A DNA stretch of 64,000 bases, from NCBI RefSeq assembly GCF_041146345.1, contig NW_027191406.1:434001-498000 (forward strand), read 5' to 3'. Shown here one piece after another: positions 1 through 11,855 of this stretch. Source of the stretch: Neodothiora populina. Taxonomy: Eukaryota. Position 1 is the stretch's first letter; every line of letters starts with the position of its first letter. The notes below the pieces were generated by a model that was not told the origin of the DNA, ran no database searches, and saw only the letters and a list, made by a program, of their open reading frames with translations. A program made the position numbers and the translations under genes.

Positions 1-645
1 CGTGGTTGAGAATAACTGAACCCATTTCTTTTTGTTTCACGCTTGAAGGCAGCGCGCAGTAGTCGTCCAACAGTCCACTACTGCACAACATTGCTCTTGG
101 TGTCAATCGCACGTGAGATCAGTAGCTTGTAACTACCGAGGCATGCAAATTTATAAAACTATTTATGACGGTCATTACATCATCTGCAATGTTTGAAAGC
201 ACAGTCTACATGACTTCTCACTCAGCCTAAGGCAGCGGTACTTTGGGATGCTCTCCGTCTGTAGCGTCTATGGATTACCAACCTACCTATCTACGATACG
301 AAAGCACATCCATCGACGGAAACTCGAAGGCAGACAATAAACTTCACGTCACTCAACATATAGGTATGCGAAGCAAGCGATATTTCCCCAATGTCGCGGT
401 AGTATTTGTAGGCAGGTGCTTGGAGCTTTGACCGCTCCGTGTCTTCGTCGCAAAGCTCACCCCGCGTGTACCGCAGGCACGTCGCGCGTCCTTGCGCGTC
501 TTCGAACTAACTCAAGTCATCCAAAAACGTTGGTGCATCGTACATTTCCTGTCGATCGAGCATTTGTTGATTCGCCAGTCGCATTTTCCACTGACCATGA
601 GAGTGTGAGAGACAACATAGCACATCCTCGCATTCTTCATTCAGC

Positions 646-3600
646 ATGCCTCGCTTACGCAAACGCGTGAAGTCCATCCCTCCTCGTGCGGAGCCGGAGC
701 AGGAGCCAGAGACTGTTCTTGAAGCAACCGAAGATGCGGTGCAAGAGGAGGACGAGGAGGAGCAAGGGAATCAAGGCCAGCATCAGGAGAACGGTCACGA
801 CGAAGACCACAGCGTAGAGGGAGGCCAGCATGTGTTGCGTTTCAACGAGACTTTGACATGGCGCGCCGGCAAGCCCATCGCAGTGGCCGAGCTGCTAAGA
901 CGTCTCAAGTCGTTGCACCAGGAGCTGAGCGCACTGGAGCAGGAAGATGCCGATCGCGATAGTCTTACACCTGTGGCTCAGCAATTGGCACAGCGGAACT
1001 TACTGGATCACAAAGACCGAGGTATCAAGGCCTGGACGGCATTATGCATAGTCGAGATGTTCAAATTGCTGGCTCCGGACGCGCCCTTCAAGCCATCGCA
1101 GCTAAAGGACATCTTCTCTCTCATCATCAATTCCATACTCCCTGCGCTTGGAAACCCTGCAGACCCATACAACGAACAGCACCTACAAGTTATACGCTCC
1201 TTGGACGAAGTCAAAAGTATTGTGCTTTTGACTGACATCCCTGATGCCGACCCATTACTTTACAAGCTGTTCCTTACCGCCTTTGACATCTTTGCTGACA
1301 CCGCCAAGAACAATGGTGGAGAAGAATTGAGCAAGAATGTCGAGCATCACATTTCGAGTCTACTCATCACAGTCGTGGATGAATGCCCAATCCTTCCGGC
1401 CGACGCTGTGGACATAATCCTTGCCCAATTTTTACGTGTGGACCCAAGCACTTTTCCCTTGCAGATCAAAAAATCTGCGCGAAGCGACGAACAGAGGGGG
1501 ACGTTCCACCTCCAACAAGTGCCTCCTGCCTACGGAATGGCGAAGAATATATGCACGTCTTGTCCTGATAAGATGGCTAGAATGATCAGTCAATACTTCA
1601 ACTCCATCATGAATCATGCTTCCACCGAAGGTGATCTAGCCAGACCTAAGAAGACAAAGTCGAAACTCTCCCGAGATACCCTCGACGATGACGAAGACGG
1701 TATGCAAGGCCCATCTGAGGAAGAGCTCAAGTCGCTCGGAAAGACTCACCGCCTCTTACGTGAGTTGTGGCGGTCGTCCGCCACAGTGATCCAGAACATC
1801 GTCCCCCAGCTAGAAGCAGAGCTCAATGCGGAGAATATTGATGTACGGTTGCTCGCCACCGAAACTGTTGGCGACCTCATATCAGGCATAGGCGCGGCTG
1901 GCCCGCCTCCACCAGCAGTCCTGGACCCGGCGGCTTATCCCTCGCAAAGCAGTCGACTGGTACAGCGCGAGCCCAAGACCTACGACTTTCTCACAACCCC
2001 TTCCGCTCCGCATGCTTTCTCATCTGTTCATCCCTCATCATATCAACACTTCATGAACCGTAGAAACGACAAGGCTCCTCAGGTACGTGCGATGTGGGTG
2101 ACATGCGCAGGTCGCATTCTCTCCACTTCCGCCGGTGGTGTTGGCCTGGACCCGCAAGAAGAGGAAGAGCTGTTGGCTTGGCTCTCAGACATGCTTCTGG
2201 ATACCGATGAACGTGTTCGCCTTGCTGCCGTACAGGCTGTTGGGCGGTGCGATTTTGACACCATTGTTGAAAGAATCGGCTCAAACGGTGGTGTCAACGA
2301 CCAAGGTTCCGTCCTGTGCAACCTTGCCGACAGAATCAAGGATCGCAAGCATCCCGTTAGAGTTGAAGCCATGGGCCTTCTCGGCCGCTTATGGGGTGTT
2401 GCAGCGGGCGCCATAACAGAAGGCGATGAGAACGTACGAACCTTGCTTGGTGCTATTCCCTCGAAGATCTTCCAAGCAATTTACATCAACGAGGCGGAAA
2501 TCAACGCTCTGGTGCAGCAGGTTCTGACTGACTCTTTACTTCCTCTGAGTTTCCCCCCGATCAAGAAGGACAAGGCACCGAGCAATGGTGACTCGCAGCG
2601 TGTCAAAGACAGCCAAACCCTTGTCTCCCAAGCCGAGAAAACGCTGAGTCCTGACGCCATACGTGCGGAGCGCATCCTCGTGCTAGTCAGAGACCTGGAG
2701 CAAAAAGCCAAATCTGTTTTCTTCGCCCTCGAGGCCCGACAAGCCAAGACTGCACAGTATTTGGAAGCATTCCTAAAGCAGTGCGAAGCTTACAAGGGCG
2801 GTAATGGTGCGAAAAAGGCGGAGAAAGAGGTGAGTGATAGACTCTCGAAGCTGATCGACCTCTTCGCACGCCAGCGACCGGAGCCGATCACTGCTTCAGA
2901 GCACTTGTGGAAGTTCGCCAAGAAGAACGAACGGCGCTGTTACCAGCTCATCCGCTTCGCCATCTCTCCAGACAGTGACTATACTAAGGTCTACAAAGCC
3001 TGCAAGGAGCTGAAGAAACGCATCGAGGAACAGCCCGGCATGGCGGCTGTGCCCAATACCATTCTGCCGATCGTTCACTTGGCCAGCGTCTTGGTTTACA
3101 ACAAGAGTCATGTGCCCACGATGATCGAGCTTGCCAGAACAGAAGGCAAGGAGCTCGAACGTGCGGCGCATGACGTTCTCAAGGAGATCTCGGAGCACAA
3201 TCCTGAGGTCTTTAAGGCACATGTTCGCACCTTGTGTGCAGAGCTTGAGCGACAGGTCCCTACTCCAGGAAGTCCCAGTGACCCTGGTGTGGTAGAAACG
3301 CTGAAAGCTTGCGCCGGGTTCGCCCAGCGCTATCCGTCAGAGATACCTGACACTCGGGACTTTCTCAAGTCCATGATGCAGTTCGCGCTGCACGGTAATC
3401 CATCTGTGGCCGGCAAGCATGCTGTGTCAGTCATCGTTGCTGCAGAGGAGAAAAAGGACATGTACGTGAAAGACCTCGTTACAAAATGCACGGAGGGGTT
3501 CGAATACGGCTCGGAGGGCTTTCTGTCCAAGTTGGCAGCTCTGAGTCAGCTTATGCTTCTCTCGGCAAGGGATATTGAGGAGGAGCATGACGTGATTGTG

Positions 3601-5313
3601 CAAATCTCGATTGAACAGGTGTTGATGCAGGTCAGGACAAAGGCCCAGGACGACGATCCTGCCTGGACTATGGACCTAGATGATGAATGTGCTGCGAAAC
3701 TTTGGGCGCTCAAGATCCTGACGAATCGCCTACGATCGTATGCGAACTCGGTATCGGACTCGGAAATGGAAGTGATAGTCGCAGAACAGGGTCACCCGGT
3801 CTTCAAGCTGTTGAACAGCATCATCAAAGGAGAGGGTGAAATTTCGAAGAAAGACCCAACACCTTTGCATCACAGATCGCAACTCCGCTTGACTGCCGCG
3901 CTATTGCTGGTCAAGTTATGTGGTGCGCACAAGCGACTCGATGCTCTACTGACTCCGGCCGACTTCAATTGGTTGACGACAGTAGTCCAGGATGCTCTGC
4001 CAGAAGTGCGTGCAGCATTCATCGAGAGAGTGAAGAAGCACCTTGGCTCTGGGACGTTACCGCATCGATTCTACACTCTCGTTTTCCTTCTGGCGTACGA
4101 GCCAAATGCTAGTGTCAAAGAAAACACCATCACCTGGCTGAGAGGGCGAGCCGCGACTTTTGCGAGGACAAACGATTCGGTCCTGGAAGGCATCTTCGTG
4201 CGCTTCCTCAGCTTACTGGCACACCATCCCGACTTTTCAATGGATACGGAGAACTTGCGAGACTTTGTGGAGTATGTCATGTTTTATCTTAAGACAGTGG
4301 CCAGCCAGAGCAATATACCATTGATTTTCTATTTAGCGCAGCGAGTGAAAGGCGTACAGGACGGCATCGACGCTGGGCTGAGTGATAATCTCTATGTTCT
4401 CTCTGATATCGCCCAAGCTGTGATCAGAGCCTATGCAGACACACAAGGCTGGTCCATCAACACGTACCCCGGCAAGCTTCGTTTACCGTCCGGTCTCTTC
4501 GCCCAACTGCCAAGCCACTCAACGGCTCAAGCAATCGCGGAGAAGCAATATGCACCCGAAGAGCTTCTAGACAGTGTCGAGGATTTGGTTCGAGCGAGCA
4601 TTCGCACGAAGAAGCGGAAGTCGGAGAGAGCAAGTGGTGGGGCAGGGGGGAAGAAACGCATTCGAACCAGCGAGGACAAGCCTGTCAGAGACATAGCAGT
4701 CGGCAAAACGGCAAAGATCAGAGCGCCAATAACCAAAGCGTCGATGACGCCGAAGAAGACACCGAAGAAGAAACGAGCCACAGGAGAGGGGGCTGCAGGA
4801 GCGACACCTTCAACAGAAGTCAGACGAAGCGCTCGCGGATCGAAAGCCGTGGTGTATGCCGAGGACAGCGAGGACGATGACGAGGCCGAAGATGAAGAAG
4901 CTGGAAACGAAGGGGAAGCAGAGGAAGAGGAGCACGAAGAAGCAGACGAGGAGGACCAAGACGTCGACGCCATGCAGGGACTAACGACAGAACAAGATGC
5001 AGTAGAGGAGAACGAAGTCGAAGAAGAGGAAGAGCAGAGGCCAGCCCCTCAACCCAAGACCAAGCCAGAAGCAGTAAAGACGAGAACATCCAGCCGTCGT
5101 TCCAACGGCACCACTACTACCCCGGCCTCTAATGGCCGCACGCGTCGAGCCACAGCTGCCGCGACAGCAAGCAGAAGCAGCAGCAAGAAGACACCCACTC
5201 GCGGCAAAGCAGCGCCCAAAGCAACGAAGTCTGCAGCAGAGATCATGGAGATTGCAGACGACTCACCAGAGAACGACGAGCTTAGCGACGCCGAGTCTGG
5301 CATGGAGGAGTAG
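646..5313 (+). CDS. PDS5: Sister chromatid cohesion protein Pds5 (HEAT-repeat cohesin regulator), single exon
   Basis: 1555-aa ORF with typical fungal Pds5 motifs (ELLRRLKSLHQEL, LLDHKDRGIKAW..LC, APDAPF, RLLATET.G, RIKDRKHPVR, FLSLLAHHPDF) and an acidic/basic disordered C-terminal tail. Confidence 0.93.
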   Translation: MPRLRKRVKSIPPRAEPEQEPETVLEATEDAVQEEDEEEQGNQGQHQENGHDEDHSVEGGQHVLRFNETLTWRAGKPIAVAELLRRLKSLHQELSALEQEDADRDSLTPVAQQLAQRNLLDHKDRGIKAWTALCIVEMFKLLAPDAPFKPSQLKDIFSLIINSILPALGNPADPYNEQHLQVIRSLDEVKSIVLLTDIPDADPLLYKLFLTAFDIFADTAKNNGGEELSKNVEHHISSLLITVVDECPILPADAVDIILAQFLRVDPSTFPLQIKKSARSDEQRGTFHLQQVPPAYGMAKNICTSCPDKMARMISQYFNSIMNHASTEGDLARPKKTKSKLSRDTLDDDEDGMQGPSEEELKSLGKTHRLLRELWRSSATVIQNIVPQLEAELNAENIDVRLLATETVGDLISGIGAAGPPPPAVLDPAAYPSQSSRLVQREPKTYDFLTTPSAPHAFSSVHPSSYQHFMNRRNDKAPQVRAMWVTCAGRILSTSAGGVGLDPQEEEELLAWLSDMLLDTDERVRLAAVQAVGRCDFDTIVERIGSNGGVNDQGSVLCNLADRIKDRKHPVRVEAMGLLGRLWGVAAGAITEGDENVRTLLGAIPSKIFQAIYINEAEINALVQQVLTDSLLPLSFPPIKKDKAPSNGDSQRVKDSQTLVSQAEKTLSPDAIRAERILVLVRDLEQKAKSVFFALEARQAKTAQYLEAFLKQCEAYKGGNGAKKAEKEVSDRLSKLIDLFARQRPEPITASEHLWKFAKKNERRCYQLIRFAISPDSDYTKVYKACKELKKRIEEQPGMAAVPNTILPIVHLASVLVYNKSHVPTMIELARTEGKELERAAHDVLKEISEHNPEVFKAHVRTLCAELERQVPTPGSPSDPGVVETLKACAGFAQRYPSEIPDTRDFLKSMMQFALHGNPSVAGKHAVSVIVAAEEKKDMYVKDLVTKCTEGFEYGSEGFLSKLAALSQLMLLSARDIEEEHDVIVQISIEQVLMQVRTKAQDDDPAWTMDLDDECAAKLWALKILTNRLRSYANSVSDSEMEVIVAEQGHPVFKLLNSIIKGEGEISKKDPTPLHHRSQLRLTAALLLVKLCGAHKRLDALLTPADFNWLTTVVQDALPEVRAAFIERVKKHLGSGTLPHRFYTLVFLLAYEPNASVKENTITWLRGRAATFARTNDSVLEGIFVRFLSLLAHHPDFSMDTENLRDFVEYVMFYLKTVASQSNIPLIFYLAQRVKGVQDGIDAGLSDNLYVLSDIAQAVIRAYADTQGWSINTYPGKLRLPSGLFAQLPSHSTAQAIAEKQYAPEELLDSVEDLVRASIRTKKRKSERASGGAGGKKRIRTSEDKPVRDIAVGKTAKIRAPITKASMTPKKTPKKKRATGEGAAGATPSTEVRRSARGSKAVVYAEDSEDDDEAEDEEAGNEGEAEEEEHEEADEEDQDVDAMQGLTTEQDAVEENEVEEEEEQRPAPQPKTKPEAVKTRTSSRRSNGTTTTPASNGRTRRATAAATASRSSSKKTPTRGKAAPKATKSAAEIMEIADDSPENDELSDAESGMEE

Positions 5314-6316
5314 ACAGGCGAGTGAATGAGCAGCTGGGATAAGCAGTAGACAATGATGAAAGTGTGTGAGGGAGCAAGGGTAGAAGGACAGAAAGAAGGA
5401 AGAAGGTTTACATTCCGAGATAAGGGGAAATCGACGGTGAAGAGGCCGGCTAGCAATGGAAACACTTGTATCTAATGACTTGACACCGAGCCTATCCCTT
5501 ACTGTGCCTTACTCACGCATCTACTGTACGTAACCTACGTGATGCCCACATGTGACCACGAGTCCGCATCTTGAGGAGGAGAGAAGAGAGGAAGGAAGAC
5601 AGACTTCTATACTCTTCCTACCCTCTCAGAGAAACAGTGCAGATTAAAGATGTAAGTGTGATATAACACTCATGAAGCCTAACGACCTAAAATGCTACGG
5701 CGCAGTCTTGCATCTTCATCTTGTTTTATACACTGCAGTTACAGTAAGCTTAGACCAAGGCTCGAAACAAGCATCTGCACGGACGCGACATCCAACCACG
5801 GCGGTCGCACTTGCTTACCATACAGTACGGCGACTCTCAATGACGTGTAATTATCGTACTTCCCGAACAGTACCTTCATACGCTTTACACTCAACTATAT
5901 CACGGTCATCGTATCGCATTCAGTGCCCAAGGCATCTCACATGCCTGCGTACTTCCAGATGCATCTTGATGTATGAGTTCCGCTTCAGACTCTACCCTGC
6001 CTTTTCTTCGTCCTCGCGTAAGCTAGATAAGAGCGCAAAGTAAAAGGTATTTGCTTGCTTGAGACACTCCATGTCAGGGTGTCTGCTGCGTGGCACAAGC
6101 AAGTAATTGACAGCGAGTGGTAGGTTGCACAAGGCCTGGTCTTTAATAAATCTCTCAACTCTCTGATTTTACTCTCCACAGACACATCACATCATCATTC
6201 TGATACCCTTCCACCATACATCATTCGCTATTTGCCACCTTGGTTGTTGTTTCATCTCGTCTTCTTGTACTGTGATCGCTTCGTTCTGCAGCTTTTACAA
6301 GCTCATCAGCATCATC

Positions 6317-8290
6317 ATGGATGTAGACAAGGTGGCTTTCCGCGCTCGTTTTCTCGACATACTACTAGCCATCGGTGAGGCCAGCTACGTCTCATTTGAT
6401 CTCGAATTATCAGGCGTTCCTGTCAAGCAACCAGGAGGAGGGGCAGACAAGCCTACACTTCAGGAACGATACCTCGAGACGAAACAAGCTGCGGAAACCT
6501 TTCAGATCCTTCAGGTTGGTCTCACCTGCGTCAAGGGAGAGTATCACTCCGGCGTCTATCTTTGCAAACCTTACAACTTCAATATTAGCCCGGTGATTGA
6601 TGAGAGGAGGCTCGACGTGGACCGTACTTTTTCATTTCACTCTGGTGCCGTGGACTTCCTCCTTGGTGTTGGCTTCCGCATTGATCTACCGTTTACTTCT
6701 GGTATTCCCTATCTATCACGCAGCGAAGCCATTCTGGCTCACGAAATAGCACTTGCCCGTAACGATAGATCTACCATCGCCGATATCAATGTCAAGCCAG
6801 AAGATGCCCAGTCAATCGCCTTCCTTCGCCGAGTCCGCAAGGAGATTGACGCCTGGCTTAAGCTTGACCAGTCTTCACTGCTCGTTTCTCCGCTCAAAGA
6901 GAATGGCCGTCCTGTCGATCCCGAGCTCTCGAGATTTGAGAGACGTCTGGTGCACCAGTTGGTACGCGCAGAATACCCAAAATTAGTCACCATACCTGCG
7001 AAGGGCATGGTCCGCATCTTGAAGTATGACCAGGAACGAGAAGACAGAATAAAAGCAGAACGCTTGCGAGATTCTCAAGAGCGCATTGACAGACAGACTG
7101 GTTTCCGATGGCTCATCGAAGCATTGATAGGAAACCCTCCACGAAACTTGGACGTCAAGCAATTTGCTGTCAGCCCTGAGACCGGAGAGGCAGTACCGGC
7201 AAATCTTGACGAAATTAGGTCCAAGTACCACCGAGCACAACGTCTTTTGGCCAACAAGAAGACTGTTCTGGTAGGCCACAATCTATTCCTCGACCTCATC
7301 TATGTGTACAAGGCATTCATCGGACCTTTACCCGACCATGTCGATGACTTTGTCGCTCTTATTCACGACTTGTTCCCACTCATCATTGATACGAAATACA
7401 TGGCTACCCATAATTGTGGTGATATAAATCCTAGATCATCATTGGAAGAAATCGCAGAGCAACTATCGTTGCAACAATTTCCCCTGCTGGAGACTCATCG
7501 CGAACACAACAAATATCAACAAACATCGGCATTTCACGAGGCAGGTTATGACAGCCTACTCACAGCACAAGTTGCGGCACGTCTGTCAACGAAGCTTGAA
7601 GCTGCCGGTTCTTACATTGAAGAATCTTCCGACGTGGAATCTCCCGGCGAGACTGGTGGGGTTCGCTTGAACGGAGCAGCTGCGAACTTTACCTCTCAGA
7701 GCCAGAACTCTTTCCCAGTATCGACCTTGAGCGGTGCTCTGGATGGACTCAAAGGTCTCGTCATAGCACCTTTGAAAACGTTGACTCAGGCAGGCAGGAC
7801 ACAAAATCAAGAGGCCTCTGGGGAGGCGCGCAATTTGACACAACCCTCTACGACTAGCGGAAGTCAAGGCGGCTCCAACGGCCGCAGAGCCAAAGAAAAG
7901 CTGCCGAAAAGGACAGTAAAGCCCGACAATTTTGTCAGTAAGAAACCGAATACAACTTCACCGGCCCCATTGCCTGGACGCTTTGCTCATTCTACCATAT
8001 TCGAACAACTACAAGACGATAGCGAGACTCCTGAAGAGGAAGCAGCGGAAGAAGATGAAGTTATACAGTTCGATGACCTGCCGACATCTGCCACTGCGTC
8101 CGCACCAGTTGTGGCTGATACCGATGGTGTTTCCGGGGATGTTGTGGCTCCCGAGGATTGGGACACTCCGTACTGGCGGAGGTCAGGAGGAAAGGCAATG
8201 CCTAGATTTGATACGGACTTCTGGGATGTCTACGGAAACAAACTCAGAGTCTTCGGTTGTCAAGAAGGTGTATGTTTGCTTCATGGCTAA
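6317..8290 (+). CDS. CAF1/PARN-family DEDDh 3'-5' ribonuclease with R3H insert
   Basis: ExoI FDLELSG, ExoII GHNLFLDL, DTKYMA, ExoIII HEAGYDSLLT, and R3H-like ERRLVHQLV. First ATG is at 6317; the track start at 6272 is a GTG. Confidence 0.88.
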   Translation: MDVDKVAFRARFLDILLAIGEASYVSFDLELSGVPVKQPGGGADKPTLQERYLETKQAAETFQILQVGLTCVKGEYHSGVYLCKPYNFNISPVIDERRLDVDRTFSFHSGAVDFLLGVGFRIDLPFTSGIPYLSRSEAILAHEIALARNDRSTIADINVKPEDAQSIAFLRRVRKEIDAWLKLDQSSLLVSPLKENGRPVDPELSRFERRLVHQLVRAEYPKLVTIPAKGMVRILKYDQEREDRIKAERLRDSQERIDRQTGFRWLIEALIGNPPRNLDVKQFAVSPETGEAVPANLDEIRSKYHRAQRLLANKKTVLVGHNLFLDLIYVYKAFIGPLPDHVDDFVALIHDLFPLIIDTKYMATHNCGDINPRSSLEEIAEQLSLQQFPLLETHREHNKYQQTSAFHEAGYDSLLTAQVAARLSTKLEAAGSYIEESSDVESPGETGGVRLNGAAANFTSQSQNSFPVSTLSGALDGLKGLVIAPLKTLTQAGRTQNQEASGEARNLTQPSTTSGSQGGSNGRRAKEKLPKRTVKPDNFVSKKPNTTSPAPLPGRFAHSTIFEQLQDDSETPEEEAAEEDEVIQFDDLPTSATASAPVVADTDGVSGDVVAPEDWDTPYWRRSGGKAMPRFDTDFWDVYGNKLRVFGCQEGVCLLHG

Positions 8291-10144
8291 TAGTGTCATG
8301 TATTGAAAAAAAAAACTCTTTCGCACCGACGAATCACGTGGTCAATAATATGTGGGCAGAAGGCATTGTTATGAACCTCCGGCCTGTACAGGATGGCTCA
8401 AACAGATGATTCAAGTCGATGTAGCTTGACACGTGCTGTATTCGATGCTGCTGCTGGTCGTGCCTGGATACAACAGAAGATCCACACCTGAGAACCCAAG
8501 AACACATCAAGCTAGCTGTGTAGGAAGCCTTACTCTAGAATGCACGAATTGCGTGATCGCTACCTTGATCTTGCTCCACCAATCTATCCAGTCCAATGCA
8601 GTCGTGTACACGCAGCTCTCAGCCTTCTGACGTAGATGGATGTCCACGGATCCCAAAGTGGGGCGATCGGACACTTGATGATCCACAAAATGGTGGAAGA
8701 ATGTATCCCTGGTCCAAGAACTAGTCAGGACACAAGGTCCAGAAAACCAGATTGCGCCAACGATATGTGGATCAGGGTGAGGCGCAGCTGTGCAGCTGCA
8801 GTACACACATACTGTACAGCAGGTAGCTAGCCACTTGGGTTCCCTCGGAATATCAAGGTTGCTTTGTAGCACACAGACTGGATAACTCGAGGGGCAAACT
8901 ATGTGCACGAAGCTTGGAAATGCTAACTTCAGGAAACGAAAACAGGGAAATGAGGATATCGCGACGAGGCGAAACCAACTTTGCACATGATGATTATCGT
9001 AAGCTCGATTGATTGATAGTAGAAGAAGCGGGGCACAAGAAGTGGGGAGGGGAGGGATCAGGGGTCCGATCCCGTTTCGCCAGGGTCCAGATTCCAGGAT
9101 GCAGGTGCAGCTCAGAGTAGCTACTACGTCAGACACAACAATTCTCCACTCTTAAGGGAAAACAAGATGGATAGCATATCACATTGTGTGTGGCTTGTGA
9201 CATTGTTATTATGATGATGACGGATCAGATGAACTGTTGTAAGGGCACGCACGCCACAGCTGAATTGTTACTTTCGTGTTATTCTACACACCAAGTACCG
9301 ACGGAAAGAGCAATTCAAGTATCACAGAAGCTATTAAGCGAAGTAAACAAGGTTACCCACCATGTCAAACCTAGGATCAAGTCCTCCAAAGCAAGTGATC
9401 CGAAGAGATCAGCAAGCCAATGGCTCGGATGCGGACCTGAGAGTTCTTCGCCTATTCCCTTTTCTACAAGTACAGTGGAACCAATATAACCAGAGCACAG
9501 TACGCACACGGGCTTATCATATGTGGGATAGGTACGGCATGTAGGGACACTCGAGATAATCTAGGAGGTAGCAATAACAGATCTACCCACCCCCTCGAAT
9601 GACGCAAGTTTCCAGAAAGAAACATGTGATACTGCTCCTTACCTACTCACCTCGTCTGTACAAACCACGTTGTCGATCTAGGTACTTTATTGGATCATGT
9701 TTTCGAACCAGGCCTCTAAACCACACAGTCGCTTAGCTTCCCCGACCAAGATCCATGCCCGTCTGTGGCGCAGTAACTTAGCTCCCTGCCTTACCTTACC
9801 CTGTTTGTACCCTGGATACATACTCTTGGACAATAGCCCCGATAGTAGTGGCAGTAGTGTGTAACAGCAGCTTAGCTTGTTTCTCTTCCACAGTTCCTTG
9901 TTTTTCCCATCGCTTGATCGCCCGCTCTCGCGTGCGCCGGGAAGAGTTGCTGCTGTACTTGCTGTTGGGCGTACGTATGTACTCTATCTAACCTTTACCC
10001 TCTTTCTTTGGACCCTGTGTGAGGACGTTGGTTTCCTTAGTTGGCAGGTGGGGTCGGGGATCAGGATAGACAGACAGGCAGACAGACAGACATCAAGGTG
10101 CCCTTTGGAAGTAGATTGGCACACCTTGGGCTGGGATGTACGTC

Positions 10145-10147
<3 letters not shown>

Positions 10148-10174
<27 letters not shown>
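10148..10174. repeat. (CTG)n microsatellite just upstream of a TATA-like box
   Basis: About 9 CTG units, followed by TATATATAG at ~10181. Confidence 0.9.
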
Positions 10175-10175
<1 letters not shown>

Positions 10176-10348
10176 AGTGTTATATATAGCTAGGGGTGTA
10201 GCTCCCCTCCTCCGCCCTCTCTCCTTCTTCTCGGTTTGTTTCTGTATTCTTGAAAGTATAATTGATTCACACTACAACACTTCATCTACATTACTACATT
10301 TACTCTAATCTACCTTATCGTGTTTGATAAGAAAGAAAGAAAACCATC

Positions 10349-11558
10349 ATGTCGAATTACCAGGATGATAGCTTCGGGTCTTCGGTATGTCGCTTGCCTT
10401 TCTTTCTGTCTCGTCTCTTCTTTTATGACCCAGCCAGCGCTGACTTGCCGTTGTGATACAGGGTCGCGATACTACAGGTAGCCGTGGATACGGAGATGAT
10501 AACCTCGGTGTGAGTCCTTACTTGTCTATTCTATGCCGCGTTCTATTATACAGATACAAGAAAGAAAGAAAAAACAATTCGCTGATACCATATCCAGTCT
10601 TCCAACACAGACAGCTACGGCAGCTCAGGCGGCCGCGACGAATACAGCAGCGGCGGTGGCAGTGGCGGCCGCTCCTCGGACAACTATGGTTCCTCTGGCA
10701 CCACTTCTGGTCTAGGAGGAAGCTCGGGTTACGACAACAACACTTCGTCTTCCGGAGGCGGCTTCTCTGGCGGCTCTTCGGGCGAGGGATATGGTTCGTC
10801 GACGACAGCACGCGATGACTTTGGAGGCTCCAACAAGCAGGATACCTACGGGTCATCCACCGGTGGGCGTGATGATTTCGGTAGCTCCAACAAGCAGGAC
10901 ACGTATGGGTCAAGCGGCCGTGACGACTTCGGTAGCTCCAACAAGCAGGACACCTATGGTTCCTCGACGGGCGGCCGAGGAGACGACTTTGGCAGCTCCA
11001 ACACCGACAGCTATGGCTCGAGCAACACTGGTGGTCGCTCAGAGCTCGGTGGTTCTCATACTGACAGCTATGGTGGCTCGTCCGATGCTGGACGCAACAC
11101 CCATGACGATGACGTAAGTTCATCTCTTCGTTCCCATTGGCGTCCAAGAGGCTGACTCGTGTGCTCCAGTCCACTCCTGGTGCCGGGTACGGCAACAAGA
11201 CCAGCGGCTTCGGCGACAACTCCGACTTCGACAACACCCGCTACGGCAGTGGCTCCAACACGGGAGCCTACAGCGGGGCCACCGAGTACGGCTCTGGCGC
11301 GACGGGCGGTGCCGGTAGTGGCAACAAGATGTCAAATTCCAGCAGTCACGGTGAGAGTGGCAAAGGTGGTATGTTTGTTCCCGTTCCCTTTTCTCTTGGA
11401 CAAAGGCTGACAGCGTTTGTTGTATAGACTCGACCATGGGAAAGATCATGGAGAAAGCAGGCAACATGCTCAAGAAGGATAACATCGCGGAGAAGGGGCG
11501 TACCAAGCGAGAGACCGCTGGCTATGGCGAGGATGAGACGTCCAGGGACAACTACTAA
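10349..11558 (+). CDS. Gly/Ser/Asp-rich hydrophilin-like repeat protein, 5 exons
   Basis: Exons 10349-10384, 10462-10509, 10598-11113, 11170-11368 and 11428-11558 join in frame via GT..AG introns. Internal repeats RDDFGSSNKQDTYGSS; C-terminal DSTMGKIMEKAG motif. Confidence 0.8.
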
Positions 11559-11855
11559 GCCAGTGCTACGATGAGTTATGACTTATGTAATGTGAGGGGA
11601 AACTCCTGTGAAGACTGAGTAGTCAGACGAGACAGCTTTATTGTCGTGTAACGATTTTGTTTTTTTCTCCTGTACAATTTCATCCATCCGGGCCTGTCTC
11701 TGAAGGGTATAAAATGATGGCTTGGGTCGGCAGATGAAAGTGTTCCGCTGTTGAAAGTGACCATGTGAAAACGTCTGATTGCGCCACGCTGCCTATACTC
11801 CATACGCCGATGCTTTTGATAATCAAAGCAGAAAGAAAGACCCGCCACATTCTCC

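Noticed and set aside
8507..9136. 209-aa minus-strand ORF
   Set aside because: Non-ATG start, random-looking Cys/Trp-rich composition and no motifs.
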